Assembly (NCBI GenBank): GCA_036338595.1
Contig: JAYZBV010000053.1
Span: forward strand, 1-59,965
DNA: 59,965 nucleotides
Origin: Planctomycetota bacterium
GTDB taxonomy: Bacteria; Planctomycetota; UBA8108; UBA1146
Direction of reading: 5' to 3'
The notes beneath the pieces were generated by a model. The model had not been told where the DNA came from and searched no databases. It saw nothing but the letters and a program-made list of their open reading frames with translations. Shown here in pieces: positions 38,529 to 51,347 of this stretch (within the stretch, counting starts at the first letter, position 1; every line of letters starts with the position of its first letter). A program made the position numbers and the translations under genes.

Positions 38529-38980
38529 TTGCCGTCTTGGATCTCCAGCGTGTCGCCGATCTTGATCTCTCCCGCATCGAGCACCTCACAGTGGACTCCA
38601 CCGCGCCAGTCGGGAAGTAACAGATCGTGCAGGCCGGTGATCTGCTCTTCCATGCGGAAGCAGGGAGTCAACTCGCCGTGAACGAGCAACGTCACGTTGC
38701 CGATCGCCATCGTCTTCCCGTTCCATTCGGCATCGAACTCGAATCCGGAAACCAGCATGTTGGCACGCCGGATGGTCCACGGAAGATCGTGTCCCAGTTG
38801 CTTGCATACGGTCTGCCACTGGGACTGAGATAGAATCGTCAGATGTCGTCGTGGGCGGTTGCCATGGTCATCCACGACTCCAGAGGTAGGCGTCACCTGC
38901 AATGACGACCGTTCTTCCAGTGCTGCGCGTTTGTCGGGACGGATCGCGAGACCGCATACCCGTGCTTCGGAACCTTCCAT
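38525..38980 (-). CDS. MOSC domain protein
   Basis: RHLTIL, RRANMLVSG, PCFRME, WRGGVHCEVLDAGEIKIGD. Confidence 0.88.
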   Translation of the reverse strand: MEGSEARVCGLAIRPDKRAALEERSSLQVTPTSGVVDDHGNRPRRHLTILSQSQWQTVCKQLGHDLPWTIRRANMLVSGFEFDAEWNGKTMAIGNVTLLVHGELTPCFRMEEQITGLHDLLLPDWRGGVHCEVLDAGEIKIGDTLEIQDGN

Positions 38981-39000
38981 GCTCTTCTCCTGATGGGGGC

Positions 39001-40401
39001 CTAGATGACCTCGAGGGCATGCAGTAGTACGGCCACGACACCGATGGGAACCAGGTAGCGAAGCAGCATCAGCCACGCAACGTAGAGGTTCTGGAAGCGC
39101 GTACCTTCGTGGAAACCCTTCTCGCGTGCAGCAGCTCCCGCTCTCCAGGCGACAAACAGCGCAATCAGCAATCCGCCAAGTGGCAGTAACCAGTTCGAAG
39201 CCAGATAGTCGAAGGTGTCGAACCAGTTCTTCCCTTCTCCTTCGCCAAAGATACCCGCGGTGAGGTCCTGGAATCCCTTGCCCGCAAACCCATCCGTTCC
39301 CGACAGGGCCGATGGAATCCCGAACAAGAAGATGGCCGTTCCGCAGATCAGGGTCGCTGCCGTGCGGCGGAGACGAGTCTCGTCGATGACGGTCGAGACC
39401 ACCACTTCCAGCATCGAGATGGCACTGGTGAGCGCTGCAAAGACCAGCAGTGCAAAGAACACTGTTGCCCAGATGGCTCCGCCGGCCATCTGCGAGAAAG
39501 CGATGGGAAGGCTGACAAAGACCAGCCCTGGCCCCGCCCCCGGTTCCATGCCATAGGAAAAGATGATCGGAAATAGCACCATGCAGGCGACCAGTGCGAT
39601 GACGGTATCGAGGATCGAGATGACCACCGATGCGCTGACGATGTCCTCCTTCTTCTTCAGATACGAGCCGTAGGTGATCATCGCTCCCATACCCAGAGAC
39701 AGGGTGAAGAAGGAGTGCCCCAGTGCCTCCAGTACACCTGCCCGCGTCAGCTTGCTAGCGTCGGGAGAGAAGACGAAGGAGAAGGCTTCAGCGAATCCAT
39801 CCGATTGCATCGCCAGCCCCAGCAGTACCAGCAACATCACGAACAGCAAGGGCATCAGGATTCGTGCGATGCGTTCGACACCATGGCGTACACCACCGAG
39901 GACGATGGCGATCGTCAGCATCATGAAAGCGGTATGCCAGCCGAGATTCAAATTGCCATCCGCAAATACCGAGCCGAAGGTGTTGCTGATCGTTTCTGCA
40001 TCCATACCGGCAAAGCCACCCTGAAGTGATAACCATGTGTAATGGAGAGCCCAGCCGGCGACCACCGAGTAGTAGGAGAGGATCACGAAACCTGCCAGGA
40101 CACCGATCCAGCCGGGGATCACCCACGGGCTACCCTTGGCCGAGAAGTCGCGGTATGCGCCGACCGGACTCTTCTGAGTTGCCCTCCCCAGCAGCACCTC
40201 GGCGAGCATGATGGGAAGACCGATCAGCGCGATACATGCCAGGTAGATGAGGACAAACAGCCCGCCACCATTTTCACCGGTGATGTAGGGAAACTTCCAG
40301 ATGTTCCCCAGCCCGATGGCGCATCCGGATGAGGCGAGGATGAATCCCCATCTCCCGCTCCACTGACCTCGTTTCCCGGTGGTGTCGACTCCATCACTCA
40401 C
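39001..40401 (-). CDS. Sodium-dependent transporter (NSS/SNF family)
   Basis: GCAIGLGNIWKFPY, FFTLSLGMG, GPGLVF, AALTSAISMLE. Confidence 0.95.
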   Translation of the reverse strand: MSDGVDTTGKRGQWSGRWGFILASSGCAIGLGNIWKFPYITGENGGGLFVLIYLACIALIGLPIMLAEVLLGRATQKSPVGAYRDFSAKGSPWVIPGWIGVLAGFVILSYYSVVAGWALHYTWLSLQGGFAGMDAETISNTFGSVFADGNLNLGWHTAFMMLTIAIVLGGVRHGVERIARILMPLLFVMLLVLLGLAMQSDGFAEAFSFVFSPDASKLTRAGVLEALGHSFFTLSLGMGAMITYGSYLKKKEDIVSASVVISILDTVIALVACMVLFPIIFSYGMEPGAGPGLVFVSLPIAFSQMAGGAIWATVFFALLVFAALTSAISMLEVVVSTVIDETRLRRTAATLICGTAIFLFGIPSALSGTDGFAGKGFQDLTAGIFGEGEGKNWFDTFDYLASNWLLPLGGLLIALFVAWRAGAAAREKGFHEGTRFQNLYVAWLMLLRYLVPIGVVAVLLHALEVI

Positions 40402-40465
40402 AGGTGGCCTCCCTCGTATCGGTTCGGTTTGGTGGCGGAGATCCTACATCAAGCCAGGCCTCAGG

Positions 40466-42586
<2,121 letters not shown>

Positions 42587-42643
42587 TTATCCTCTGAACA
42601 CCTCCCCGGAGTGGGGAGGTCTGCTGGAGGAGAACGCACGAAG

Positions 42644-43996
42644 ATGTCCGGATCAACCCCCAACGGGGCCCCCATCGAGCCGCTCGTGATCCCCGATCAT
42701 GTGTTGCGAGTCCATCGGTGTCTCGTCGATGCGGGCCATCGCTCACTGCTGGCCGGAGGTGCGGTGAGGGATCACCTGCTGGGGCGTGCGGCCAAGGACT
42801 TCGACCTCGCGACCTCGGCGATCCCGGATGCCGTCGATCAACTGTTCGAGAAGACGGTCCTGGTCGGTGCCCAGTTCGGAGTGGTGCGGGTTGTGGAGCC
42901 GGAAGGGGAAGTGGAAGTGGCCACCTTTCGGGCCGACATCGGCAGTGCGGATGGCCGACGACCCGAAGCGGTCCGATTCACCGACGAGCGTGAAGATGCG
43001 CTGCGCCGCGATTTCACCATCAACGGTCTCTTCTGGGACATCGATACCGAGCAGGTGGTCGATCATGTCGGTGGCCGTGAAGATCTGGCAGCGGGCACGA
43101 TTCGTGCCATCGGAGATCCTTCCGAACGATTCAAGGAGGACCGCCTGCGCATGATGCGTGCGGTTCGATTCGCCACGGTGCTCGATTTTCCCATCGAGGA
43201 AAAAACCTGGCAGGCGGTAGTGGCAGAGGCGGAGTTCATCGGTGATGTCAGCGGTGAACGCATCCGTGACGAACTGGAACAGATGCTGGTCAGTACCCAT
43301 CGTCTGGCTGGCTACCACTTGCTCTCCGATAGCGGCCTGATGCAGCACATCCTTCCCGAGATTGAACAGATGAAGGGAGTGCGCCAGCCACCACAGTTTC
43401 ATCCGGAGGGCGATGTCTTCGTTCACACTGGCCTGGTGCTCTCGCATCTAGAAGAGCCCTCCTTCGAGCTGGCGATGGGCGCGTTGCTGCACGATGTCGG
43501 CAAGCCAGGAACCTTCGAGGAAGCCCCCGATCGCATTCGCTTTCATGGTCACGATGAACTGGGTGCCGATATGTCGGAAACGATCTGCGAAAGGCTGCGA
43601 CTGTCGAGGCGACAGACGGAGCGCATCGTGTATCTGGTGCGGCGCCACCTCGTTTTCATGAACATCCTCCAGATGCGTCTCGCCAGGCGATATCGCGTAT
43701 TCGAGGAGGATGGCTTCGAGCAATTGCTGGAACTGTGTCGCGCCGACTGCCTGGGCAGTCACCAGGACATGAGCCTGTACGACGATTGCCTGGCACTCTG
43801 GAATCAGTGGAGGGAACGGGCCCCATCGACCGAGCCGCTGCTGCAGGGCCGCGACCTGATGGGACTGGGCATGAAGCCAGGTCCCGAGATCGGCACGATG
43901 CTGGAACAACTCGAAGACGCTCGTCGAGAGAGCATCGTATCTGACCGCGATGAGGCGGTCGCCTGGGTCAAGGCTCGGCTCGAAGGGCAGGGGTGA
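42644..43996 (+). CDS. CCA tRNA nucleotidyltransferase with HD domain
   Basis: GGAVRD, DFDLAT, RRDFTING, EDRLRMMRAVRF, HPEGDV, LLHDVGKP. Confidence 0.92.
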   Translation: MSGSTPNGAPIEPLVIPDHVLRVHRCLVDAGHRSLLAGGAVRDHLLGRAAKDFDLATSAIPDAVDQLFEKTVLVGAQFGVVRVVEPEGEVEVATFRADIGSADGRRPEAVRFTDEREDALRRDFTINGLFWDIDTEQVVDHVGGREDLAAGTIRAIGDPSERFKEDRLRMMRAVRFATVLDFPIEEKTWQAVVAEAEFIGDVSGERIRDELEQMLVSTHRLAGYHLLSDSGLMQHILPEIEQMKGVRQPPQFHPEGDVFVHTGLVLSHLEEPSFELAMGALLHDVGKPGTFEEAPDRIRFHGHDELGADMSETICERLRLSRRQTERIVYLVRRHLVFMNILQMRLARRYRVFEEDGFEQLLELCRADCLGSHQDMSLYDDCLALWNQWRERAPSTEPLLQGRDLMGLGMKPGPEIGTMLEQLEDARRESIVSDRDEAVAWVKARLEGQG

Positions 43997-43997
43997 G

Positions 43998-44873
43998 TTG
44001 CTTCGCTACGGTTACATCACCAATGGGCTCGCGGATCACACCCTCGAACAGGCTGTCGAGATGCTTGCCACAGCCGGCTACCAGGGGATCGGTATCACGC
44101 TCGATCACCAGCATCTCGACCCATCATCTGTCAATGACCAGCGCCTCGCGGAGATCGGTGCGCTGCTGAGATCTTCTGATCTCGAGCCTGTGATCGAGAC
44201 CGGTGCCCGTTTCGCACTCGATCCGAAGCGCAAGCATTGGCCATCGATGGTCAGCGCAGATGCCGATGATCGGAAGCGCCGGATCGATTACTACCGACGC
44301 GCCATTCAAATTGCCGATGCCCTCGGTGCTCGAGTGGTGAGTCTATGGAGTGGCGTGGCCGAGCCGGGGTCAACGCAGCCGGATGGCGAGCGATTCCTGG
44401 TGGAAGCGTTGGGGCAGTTGCTTCCCATCGCCAGGGAGTGCGGGGTCACCATCGGTTTCGAGCCGGAGCCAGGGATGTTGATCGAGACCCTCGATCAGTG
44501 GCACTGGTTGCGACATCAGATCGCTGACGAGACGCTTCGATTGACCGTCGATCTGGGCCATCTGGCGGTCACCGAGGCTTCCCCACTGGAAGCGGCGCTT
44601 CGCCAGGTGGTTTCTGATGTGGTTCATGTCCATGTCGATGATTGCGCTCGAGGAGTGCACGAGCACCTGCCTCTGGGCACCGGGGAACTAGATTTTGCAT
44701 CACTGTTGCGAGTGCTCATCGAGCACGGGTACAGTGGCCTGGCACTGGTGGAACTCTCACGGGACTCGCATCGGGCGCCGGAACTGATAGACCAGTCGAT
44801 TCGATTCCTTCAGGGAATCGAAGCCGATCTGGAATCGAGTTGTCGCGACAACACCCGGAAGGGGACCTCTTGA
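43998..44873 (+). CDS. Sugar phosphate isomerase/epimerase (xylose isomerase-like TIM barrel)
   Basis: GYITNGLADH, IETGARF, FEPEPGM, DLGH, HEHLPLGTG, VELSRDSH. Confidence 0.85.
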   Translation: MLRYGYITNGLADHTLEQAVEMLATAGYQGIGITLDHQHLDPSSVNDQRLAEIGALLRSSDLEPVIETGARFALDPKRKHWPSMVSADADDRKRRIDYYRRAIQIADALGARVVSLWSGVAEPGSTQPDGERFLVEALGQLLPIARECGVTIGFEPEPGMLIETLDQWHWLRHQIADETLRLTVDLGHLAVTEASPLEAALRQVVSDVVHVHVDDCARGVHEHLPLGTGELDFASLLRVLIEHGYSGLALVELSRDSHRAPELIDQSIRFLQGIEADLESSCRDNTRKGTS

Positions 44874-46378
44874 GCGACAAGCAGCGAAAGAAGAAGAAGA
44901 AACGAATTAAAGAGCCAGGCAACGCCAACCTGGGTAGCGCCAGCTGGCTCGAGATGATCGCGATGGCGATCCGGACGCCGGTCTTTGATCATCAGCGGGC
45001 CATCTACACCAATCGAACACTTCGGTTCGGTCAGGTCTCCGCGGTCGGCTTTGATTTCGATCACACTCTTGCCATCTACAACTGCCCTGCTCTCGATGAT
45101 CTGGCGGGCAAGTTGGTTGCCGATCGACTCGTTGAGCACGAGGGGATTCCACGCCAGTGGCTCGATGAGATTCCATCTCCAAGTTTTGCGCGCAAGGGAC
45201 TGATCCTCGATCTGGATGAGGGCGTGTTACTCAAGACCGATCGTTACGGTCATGTGTTGCGTGCATTTCGCGGGCGCAACAAGTTGACAGTGGGACAGAA
45301 GCGAAAACTGTATGGAGATCGAGACATCATCCCGCATGTCACCGATCGAGATCGATTCATCCAGGTCGATCATGCGTTCAGTCGGCCCGAGATCTTGCTC
45401 TGGTCTGCTCTGGTCGATCACACCGAGGCTGGAGAGCGGAGGAAGGTGTGGCAACGGATACGTCATCACACCGACACCATTCACAGGGATGGTTCGCTCA
45501 AGAAGGTGATCACCGCTGATCCGGCCAAGTTCATCATTCCTGATCCGAGAACAGAGGCGTTACTGGTGCATCTGAGAGCCACCGGAAAGAAGGTATTTCT
45601 GCTCACCAACAGCGAGTGGGAGTATACCGCGGCCATGATGAACACGGTTCTCGGTCGAGACGAGGAGTCGGGCGAGGGCTGGCTCGATCTGTTCGATCTG
45701 GTCGTGGTGGAGGCTCGAAAGCCAAAGTACTTCGATGCCACGCGGGGCAAACCATCGAAGCCAGGTCCCCAGGATAAGGTGTTACTGTGCGGGAATCTCG
45801 ACGAGATCGAGGGCCACATCGGCTCCACCGGCAACGAGGTGCTGTATGTCGGCGATCATATCTATGCCGATCTGATCTCATCGAAGAAGAATGTCTACTG
45901 GAGAACGATGCTGGTGGTGCCAGAGCTGGAAGAAGAACTGATGGTGCAATCGGGGATGCCGGGCATCGTCCGACAATTGCGTGAGGTGGATGAGCGCCGT
46001 ACAGGTACAGAGCGCGAGGTGATGCACTGGAAAGCGGTCGAGGCGTGCTTGCTCAGCATCGAAGATGTGGTCGAGAGGGATCTCAAGGGCCTGAAAAAAC
46101 TGCGACATGAGTGTGCCGTGGCCCGCAAGCAGTCGACCGACACGCTCAAGGACTTCATCCGCCAGCGCGAGACCCTCCGATCCAAGTTGAGTACCGCGAC
46201 CAACTCGCACTGGGGAAGTCTTTTCCGAGCCGGCAGCGAGTTGACCCACTACGGTCGACAACTGGAGGATTACGCCTGCACCTACACCAGCCGCGCCACC
46301 AACTTGCTCTTTTACCCACCGAGCCATTACTTCCGCTCCCCGATGGACTACCTGCCCCATGAACTGGAGTCGATGTAG
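44870..46378 (+). CDS. HAD-IG family 5'-nucleotidase (cN-II-like)
   Basis: GFDFDHTLA, FLLTNS, ARKPKYF, YVGDHIYAD, WRTMLVVPEL, YACTYTS. Confidence 0.9.
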   Translation: MSDKQRKKKKKRIKEPGNANLGSASWLEMIAMAIRTPVFDHQRAIYTNRTLRFGQVSAVGFDFDHTLAIYNCPALDDLAGKLVADRLVEHEGIPRQWLDEIPSPSFARKGLILDLDEGVLLKTDRYGHVLRAFRGRNKLTVGQKRKLYGDRDIIPHVTDRDRFIQVDHAFSRPEILLWSALVDHTEAGERRKVWQRIRHHTDTIHRDGSLKKVITADPAKFIIPDPRTEALLVHLRATGKKVFLLTNSEWEYTAAMMNTVLGRDEESGEGWLDLFDLVVVEARKPKYFDATRGKPSKPGPQDKVLLCGNLDEIEGHIGSTGNEVLYVGDHIYADLISSKKNVYWRTMLVVPELEEELMVQSGMPGIVRQLREVDERRTGTEREVMHWKAVEACLLSIEDVVERDLKGLKKLRHECAVARKQSTDTLKDFIRQRETLRSKLSTATNSHWGSLFRAGSELTHYGRQLEDYACTYTSRATNLLFYPPSHYFRSPMDYLPHELESM

Positions 46379-46418
46379 AGGTTTCGCTTCACCGGTCACC
46401 AGCGTTGAGGGAGATAAA

Positions 46419-47036
46419 TTGACAAACCGAAGAGTTCTGATCCTTGCTGTGGCTGCGATATGTCTCTGCGGTTCTGGCTGCGGTGCCCTTTTCGATGCCA
46501 GGGGGGTCGTCGATCTGGGTGCGAGTAAGAGGTCAGGAACGATCGGGCTCATGAGCTACAAGCAAGGTGGCGTGGCCCCATTCCTCACCTTTGATGATAC
46601 GTATGATTCTGGCCTGCGTGGAACCCGGTATTCATCGAACACTATTTCCTGTGATGGGTTTCCTGGCAGCGAGACCCGCGGTATTCACCGGGAAACCACA
46701 GCTGTGGGCCTCGGTTTGACCTACCTGTTCAAGGAGCGAATCGGTCTTTACGGTGGATGGAGTTACGCGGACCGCTCCGATTTCCACTCTTTCTACGACC
46801 CCGATTTTAATCTGGATCAATTCGGTGATTATCACGTTGATTGCGGCTCCAGTTCCAACACGGGATTGATCTACGGGGCACACTTGTTTCTGAACAAGAC
46901 CTGGGTGCTGGGGGTCAGGAAGAATGAGGCTCTCGAAGAGACCTTCATCACCATCGGTTTTGACGTGGATGAGATGGAAGTCCTGAACTTCTTCAGTGGT
47001 TACCTGGAATCCATGATCGAAGTCTGCGGGCTCTAA
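46419..47036 (+). CDS. Putative outer-membrane (lipo)protein
   Basis: Signal with GSGC lipobox-like end; amphipathic beta strands (VGLGLTYLF, IGLYGGW, FITIGF). Confidence 0.55.
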   Translation: MTNRRVLILAVAAICLCGSGCGALFDARGVVDLGASKRSGTIGLMSYKQGGVAPFLTFDDTYDSGLRGTRYSSNTISCDGFPGSETRGIHRETTAVGLGLTYLFKERIGLYGGWSYADRSDFHSFYDPDFNLDQFGDYHVDCGSSSNTGLIYGAHLFLNKTWVLGVRKNEALEETFITIGFDVDEMEVLNFFSGYLESMIEVCGL

Positions 47037-47054
47037 TCGCCACGCTGAAACCTA

Positions 47055-48878
47055 TCAACTCACCGTCACTGATTTGGCCAGCGATCTTGGCTTGTCGACA
47101 TCGCGACCTAGCGCTCGCGCCGTGTAGTAGGCGAACAACTGTGCCTGCATCAGTTGCAGGATCGGCAGTGTCCATCTTCCAGCACTGGGGCACTCGATGA
47201 GAGTTTCGGGTCGCGGCTCCGGTTGAGGACAATCCTGCGGCTGGAACGCGACCAGTTTTCCGTTGCGTGCAGAGATCTCTGCCATGGCGCCGAGCGAGTG
47301 CTGCCGCAGTTGCGGGCTATCGGTTCCTGGCAGGAACATCACCGTGTGCATCGCATCGTCGATCAATGAGATGGTGCCGTGCTTGAGGGCACCGGCAGAC
47401 ATCCCCTCGGCATGACAGTAGGTCACTTCCTTGAACTTGAGAGCCGCTTCCAGTGCCAGCCCGTGATGGATGCCTCTACCGAGGAAGAACCAGTTGCGCA
47501 TGACGCTGTGATGGCGGGCCAGATCCCGGATCTGGCCATGGTCTCCGGTGAAGATGGAATCGAGTCTGTCGGGCAGAGCCGCAAGGTCTTGCTCCAGGGC
47601 GCTGATCTGCTCGGCACTCTGCTGTCCCTTGAGGTGAGCCAGCCGTATGGCAATCCGCAGCAGAATTACCAGCTGGGACACTGTTGACTTGGTCGACAGA
47701 ACGCAGATTTCAGGACCGGCACCCTGGTCGATGAAGTGATCGACCTCTCTGGCCATCGATGACGCTGTGACATTCAGGATCGAAGACAGTGTGGCGCCGC
47801 GCTGACGAGATATGCGCAGTGCACGTAATGTGTCGTAGGTTTCTCCTGACTGGCTGATCGAGAGTACATGATCACCCTTTCGCAAGCTCACCATGTGGGG
47901 CATCTCATCGGATGACATCGCTGGCAGAAACTCGTTCGCCAGGCCGCTCATCATGTACTGGCCCATCAGGGCCACGTAATAACTGGTGCCCACTCCAGTC
48001 AGCACCGTTCGCTCGGATCCGTCGATCGCCTCTACCATCTGATCGATGTCTGCTTCAGGGATGGCCAGAGCGGTTCGAACTACCTGACCATTCTCGGAGA
48101 TTTCTTTCGACATGAAGTCGACGTGACCATCCAGTTCCGCTGCACGCTCCGAGATGGAGATGGTCTCGGGAGTTCGTTCGACCAGCTTGCCATCGGTGAT
48201 CGTCCGGATCTGGCAGGAGTTCCGATCGATACGCACCATCTCTCCGTCTTCTAACCACAGCACGCGATCGGTGAGACCAGCGAGGGCCAGTGGATCGGAT
48301 GAGAAGCAGTGGAAATCGCTGCCGATCCCGACCAGCAGGGGGCTCTCTTGCCGTAGCGCGTAGAGAACCTCGGGTTGCTGGCTGCTGACGACGCCGATTG
48401 CAAATGTGCCGCTCAACTGGCGAGCGCAATGCAAGATCGAGTCCTCCAGCGAGAGCCCATCGCGGATTCCCTTCTCGATCAGGTGGGCGATCACTTCCGA
48501 GTCGGTTTCTGACAGAAAGGTGTGCCCTTCACCGATCAATTGATCGCGCAACGGCTGGTAGTCCTGAAGGATTCCGTTGTGAACGATGGCGATATCGCCA
48601 AAGGAATCGGTCAATGGGTGTGCGTTGAGGCGGCTCACCCGACCATGAGTGGCCCAGCGAACATGACCCAGACCGGTATTGCCCGAGGCGAGTGCAAAGT
48701 TCTCCTCGTCGGCGACTCTCTTGACAGGGCCCGCGCCTTTTCGTACCTGCAGTGTGCCGGTGTCATCGATGATGGAAAGCCCGCACGAGTCGTAACCGCG
48801 ATACTCGAGACGTTCCAGCGACTTCAACAGGGTTGCAGAGATCTCATGCGATGATGCGATACCGAATATTCCACACAT
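47055..48878 (-). CDS. glmS: Glutamine-fructose-6-phosphate transaminase
   Basis: MCGIFG, EYRGYDS, GHVRWATHG, SQSGET, STKS, KPRSLAKSVTV. Confidence 0.96.
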   Translation of the reverse strand: MCGIFGIASSHEISATLLKSLERLEYRGYDSCGLSIIDDTGTLQVRKGAGPVKRVADEENFALASGNTGLGHVRWATHGRVSRLNAHPLTDSFGDIAIVHNGILQDYQPLRDQLIGEGHTFLSETDSEVIAHLIEKGIRDGLSLEDSILHCARQLSGTFAIGVVSSQQPEVLYALRQESPLLVGIGSDFHCFSSDPLALAGLTDRVLWLEDGEMVRIDRNSCQIRTITDGKLVERTPETISISERAAELDGHVDFMSKEISENGQVVRTALAIPEADIDQMVEAIDGSERTVLTGVGTSYYVALMGQYMMSGLANEFLPAMSSDEMPHMVSLRKGDHVLSISQSGETYDTLRALRISRQRGATLSSILNVTASSMAREVDHFIDQGAGPEICVLSTKSTVSQLVILLRIAIRLAHLKGQQSAEQISALEQDLAALPDRLDSIFTGDHGQIRDLARHHSVMRNWFFLGRGIHHGLALEAALKFKEVTYCHAEGMSAGALKHGTISLIDDAMHTVMFLPGTDSPQLRQHSLGAMAEISARNGKLVAFQPQDCPQPEPRPETLIECPSAGRWTLPILQLMQAQLFAYYTARALGRDVDKPRSLAKSVTVS

Positions 48879-48881
48879 CGG

Positions 48882-49289
48882 TCAACTCCTGTCTGTCGAT
48901 TTTCCATGGTAAGTGCAGCCGTTATTGCAGGTCTCATTGACCGAGACGGCTGTAAGCCCCGACAGCTCCTTGGCGAGGCGATTCCAGATCCAGATGGAGA
49001 TGTGTTCCGAGGTGGGGTTTTCCAGGCCGTCGATCTCGTTGAGATAACGATGATCGAGGGCCTCGATCACAGGACGCACTTTTGCTTTCAGATCGGCAAA
49101 GTCCATCACCCAGCCAGTTTGATGACCGATGGATCCGCTGACGGTGACCTCGACCTGAAAAGAGTGGCCATGGAGTCGTCGGCATTTGTGATCCTCAGGA
49201 ACCTCGGGCAGGTGATGGGCAGATTCGAAGGAGAAGCGGTGGTTCAGCTCGACGATCTCATCGCTGTTGTCACTCATGTTCGCGTTCAT
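48882..49289 (-). CDS. queD: 6-carboxytetrahydropterin synthase
   Basis: FESAHHL, CRRLHGHSF, LDHRYLN, NPTSE; ATGA overlap with queE. Confidence 0.94.
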   Translation of the reverse strand: MNANMSDNSDEIVELNHRFSFESAHHLPEVPEDHKCRRLHGHSFQVEVTVSGSIGHQTGWVMDFADLKAKVRPVIEALDHRYLNEIDGLENPTSEHISIWIWNRLAKELSGLTAVSVNETCNNGCTYHGKSTDRS

Positions 49290-49924
49290 GTTCTCCTGGC
49301 CTCCGGATCCCAGATGTACTTGTGCTGTTGCAACTGCATCCTCACTGCCAATCGGTCGGCCAGTAACCATTCCGACAGTTGCGAAGGCTCCAGTTCACCA
49401 AACACCGGTGAGAAGAGAACGGGCACTTCTGGTTGGTGTTTTTCGACGACCTCTCTGGCCCAGTCGTAATCGGTACGATCCGAGATGACGATCTTCAACT
49501 CATCGCCAGCCTTGAGGTGCTCAAGATTCTGCCACAGGTTGCGGCTCTCTTCACCGCTTCCGGGAGCTTTCACATCCATGATCACGCCGACCCTCGGGTC
49601 CAGGTCTTCGATCGGGAAGGAACCGGATGTCTCGAGCAAGACCTCGCTGTAGCGATCGCAGAGCACCTTCAGTAATTCCGGAGCGCCGGGTTGGGCCAGT
49701 GGCTCGCCACCGGTCAACTCGATGAGGCCGATACCGTGGCCGTCGATCTCATCTGTGATTTGATCGAAGGTCATCGGCTCGCCACCACTGAAGGAATAAA
49801 CTGTATCGCACCAGCGGCAGCGCAACGGGCAACCCGCCAGTCGCACGAAGGTACACGGCAATCCCGCACGCGTACTCTCGCCCTGGATGGATGGATAGAT
49901 CTCGATCACGCGCAGGGTCATCAC
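49286..49924 (-). CDS. queE: 7-carboxy-7-deazaguanine synthase (radical SAM)
   Basis: SIQGES, GCPLRCRWCDT, TGGEPL, LETSG, QQHKYIW. Confidence 0.93.
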   Translation of the reverse strand: MMTLRVIEIYPSIQGESTRAGLPCTFVRLAGCPLRCRWCDTVYSFSGGEPMTFDQITDEIDGHGIGLIELTGGEPLAQPGAPELLKVLCDRYSEVLLETSGSFPIEDLDPRVGVIMDVKAPGSGEESRNLWQNLEHLKAGDELKIVISDRTDYDWAREVVEKHQPEVPVLFSPVFGELEPSQLSEWLLADRLAVRMQLQQHKYIWDPEARRT

Positions 49925-50349
49925 CGGGACACCTCGATGGAGGTCAACACTTCCCGCACATCATCGGGGATCTCGACCGGGCGCAATCCATCGATTTTGC
50001 AACAGACCTTGGTCACGCTGGCCTCGAAGCAGATGCGAGATTCACCGTCCGTGCCTGCTTGTTGACCGACGAAGTGGAAACATACCGATGTTCGACCGAG
50101 ATCCGAGGTCGCCACATCCACCTGAATCGGATCGGCGTACATCACCGGTGCCATGAACTCTGCCTCTAACTCCCGCGTGGGAAAGCCGAGTCCAAGATCG
50201 CCTGTCCACAGGTGGTACGGGGTGGGGCCGCGCTGTTGGAACAACTCCTCGAATGCCTGGTGGCAAATGTCGAGCAGTCGCGGGTAGTAGACGATCCCCG
50301 CCGCATCGACATCGGCGAACCGGATCGGAATCTCGACACTGAAGGGCAC
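49921..50349 (-). CDS. Acyl-CoA thioesterase (4HBT/YbgC hotdog)
   Basis: IRFADVDAAGIVYY, GRTS. Confidence 0.88.
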   Translation of the reverse strand: MPFSVEIPIRFADVDAAGIVYYPRLLDICHQAFEELFQQRGPTPYHLWTGDLGLGFPTRELEAEFMAPVMYADPIQVDVATSDLGRTSVCFHFVGQQAGTDGESRICFEASVTKVCCKIDGLRPVEIPDDVREVLTSIEVSR

Positions 50350-50624
50350 CAGGCCTCATTTCTGCCGGGGTGTTTCCCGGTGGAGAGACAGGATAAGGCC
50401 ATGGATGTCGTGAGGGACAGGATCCGACGGGAAATCCGCCCATCCAGTGGCATTCTGACTCTCCAAACGGGCCTGATCACATTGCCGGGACCGATTCGGG
50501 TCGGTAAGATCAAGGTAGAAAAGACCTTCGGGATCGACGGAAATCGACCGTGATCGTTGGCGGTGGGGACCATCAGCGAGCAGGATCCTGAGGGATGTGT
50601 GCGGATCATCTAGGAAATCACATC

Positions 50625-51221
50625 ATGAGACAGGCAAGGGGAACCGTGGAGTCCATCGCAAGCCTTGAAGTTCTGATCCAGGAAATCGATCAGGCGATCG
50701 CCACCGAGAGTCATGAACGGTCTCGATTGAACGCCGTGGTGCGTCTTGTCGAGCGTTTTGCCGCTGGAGTCCCGGATGAGTTCCTGGCCCAGTTTGAAAA
50801 GGGTACACAGCACTACTCGCGGCATCTGCTCCACGCAGATGCAGAGGATCGCTTTTCATTGCTGTGTCTGGTGTGGAAGCCTGGCCAGGGTACGCCAATT
50901 CACGATCACCCGGAGTGGGGGGTGCTGGGAGTGCTGCGCGGTAAGATGCGGTTCACCAATTACGCCCCCGACGAGGTCGATGGCCAGCACTGCCTGATTC
51001 CGGTCGAGACCTTCATCGGCACCGCAGGCTCGGTTGGAACCGTCTACCCGCCTGCGATGGATCTGCACCGTATGGACAACTGCTCGAAAGATGAGATTGC
51101 CATCACCTTGCACGCCTACGGTTGCCTGGTGAAGGAGTACTACATCTACAACGCCGAGACGGGGCAGCGCCGCGAGGCGGTGAGCGAATTCGATACCATC
51201 CTCGAAGGAGCCCTTCCCTAA
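50625..51221 (+). CDS. Cysteine dioxygenase-family cupin
   Basis: YSRHLL, WKPGQGTPIHDH, LHRMDN, TLHAYG. Confidence 0.88.
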   Translation: MRQARGTVESIASLEVLIQEIDQAIATESHERSRLNAVVRLVERFAAGVPDEFLAQFEKGTQHYSRHLLHADAEDRFSLLCLVWKPGQGTPIHDHPEWGVLGVLRGKMRFTNYAPDEVDGQHCLIPVETFIGTAGSVGTVYPPAMDLHRMDNCSKDEIAITLHAYGCLVKEYYIYNAETGQRREAVSEFDTILEGALP

Positions 51222-51347
51222 GCTGCGACCATCTGCCTCGAAATCGACCATCTGTAAATTCTGCCTCCGCTGATGCTTGCTTCGGTGCTCTGTTGCGGAT
51301 TCCATCTCCCTGTCGACAGAACATCACTGCACCGGGAGGCTCAGCAG

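Noticed and set aside
47055..50349. queD/queE (with folE) as part of a 7-deazaguanine DNA modification island
   Set aside because: No dpdA/tgt-like or defence genes are nearby; the context is housekeeping queuosine synthesis.
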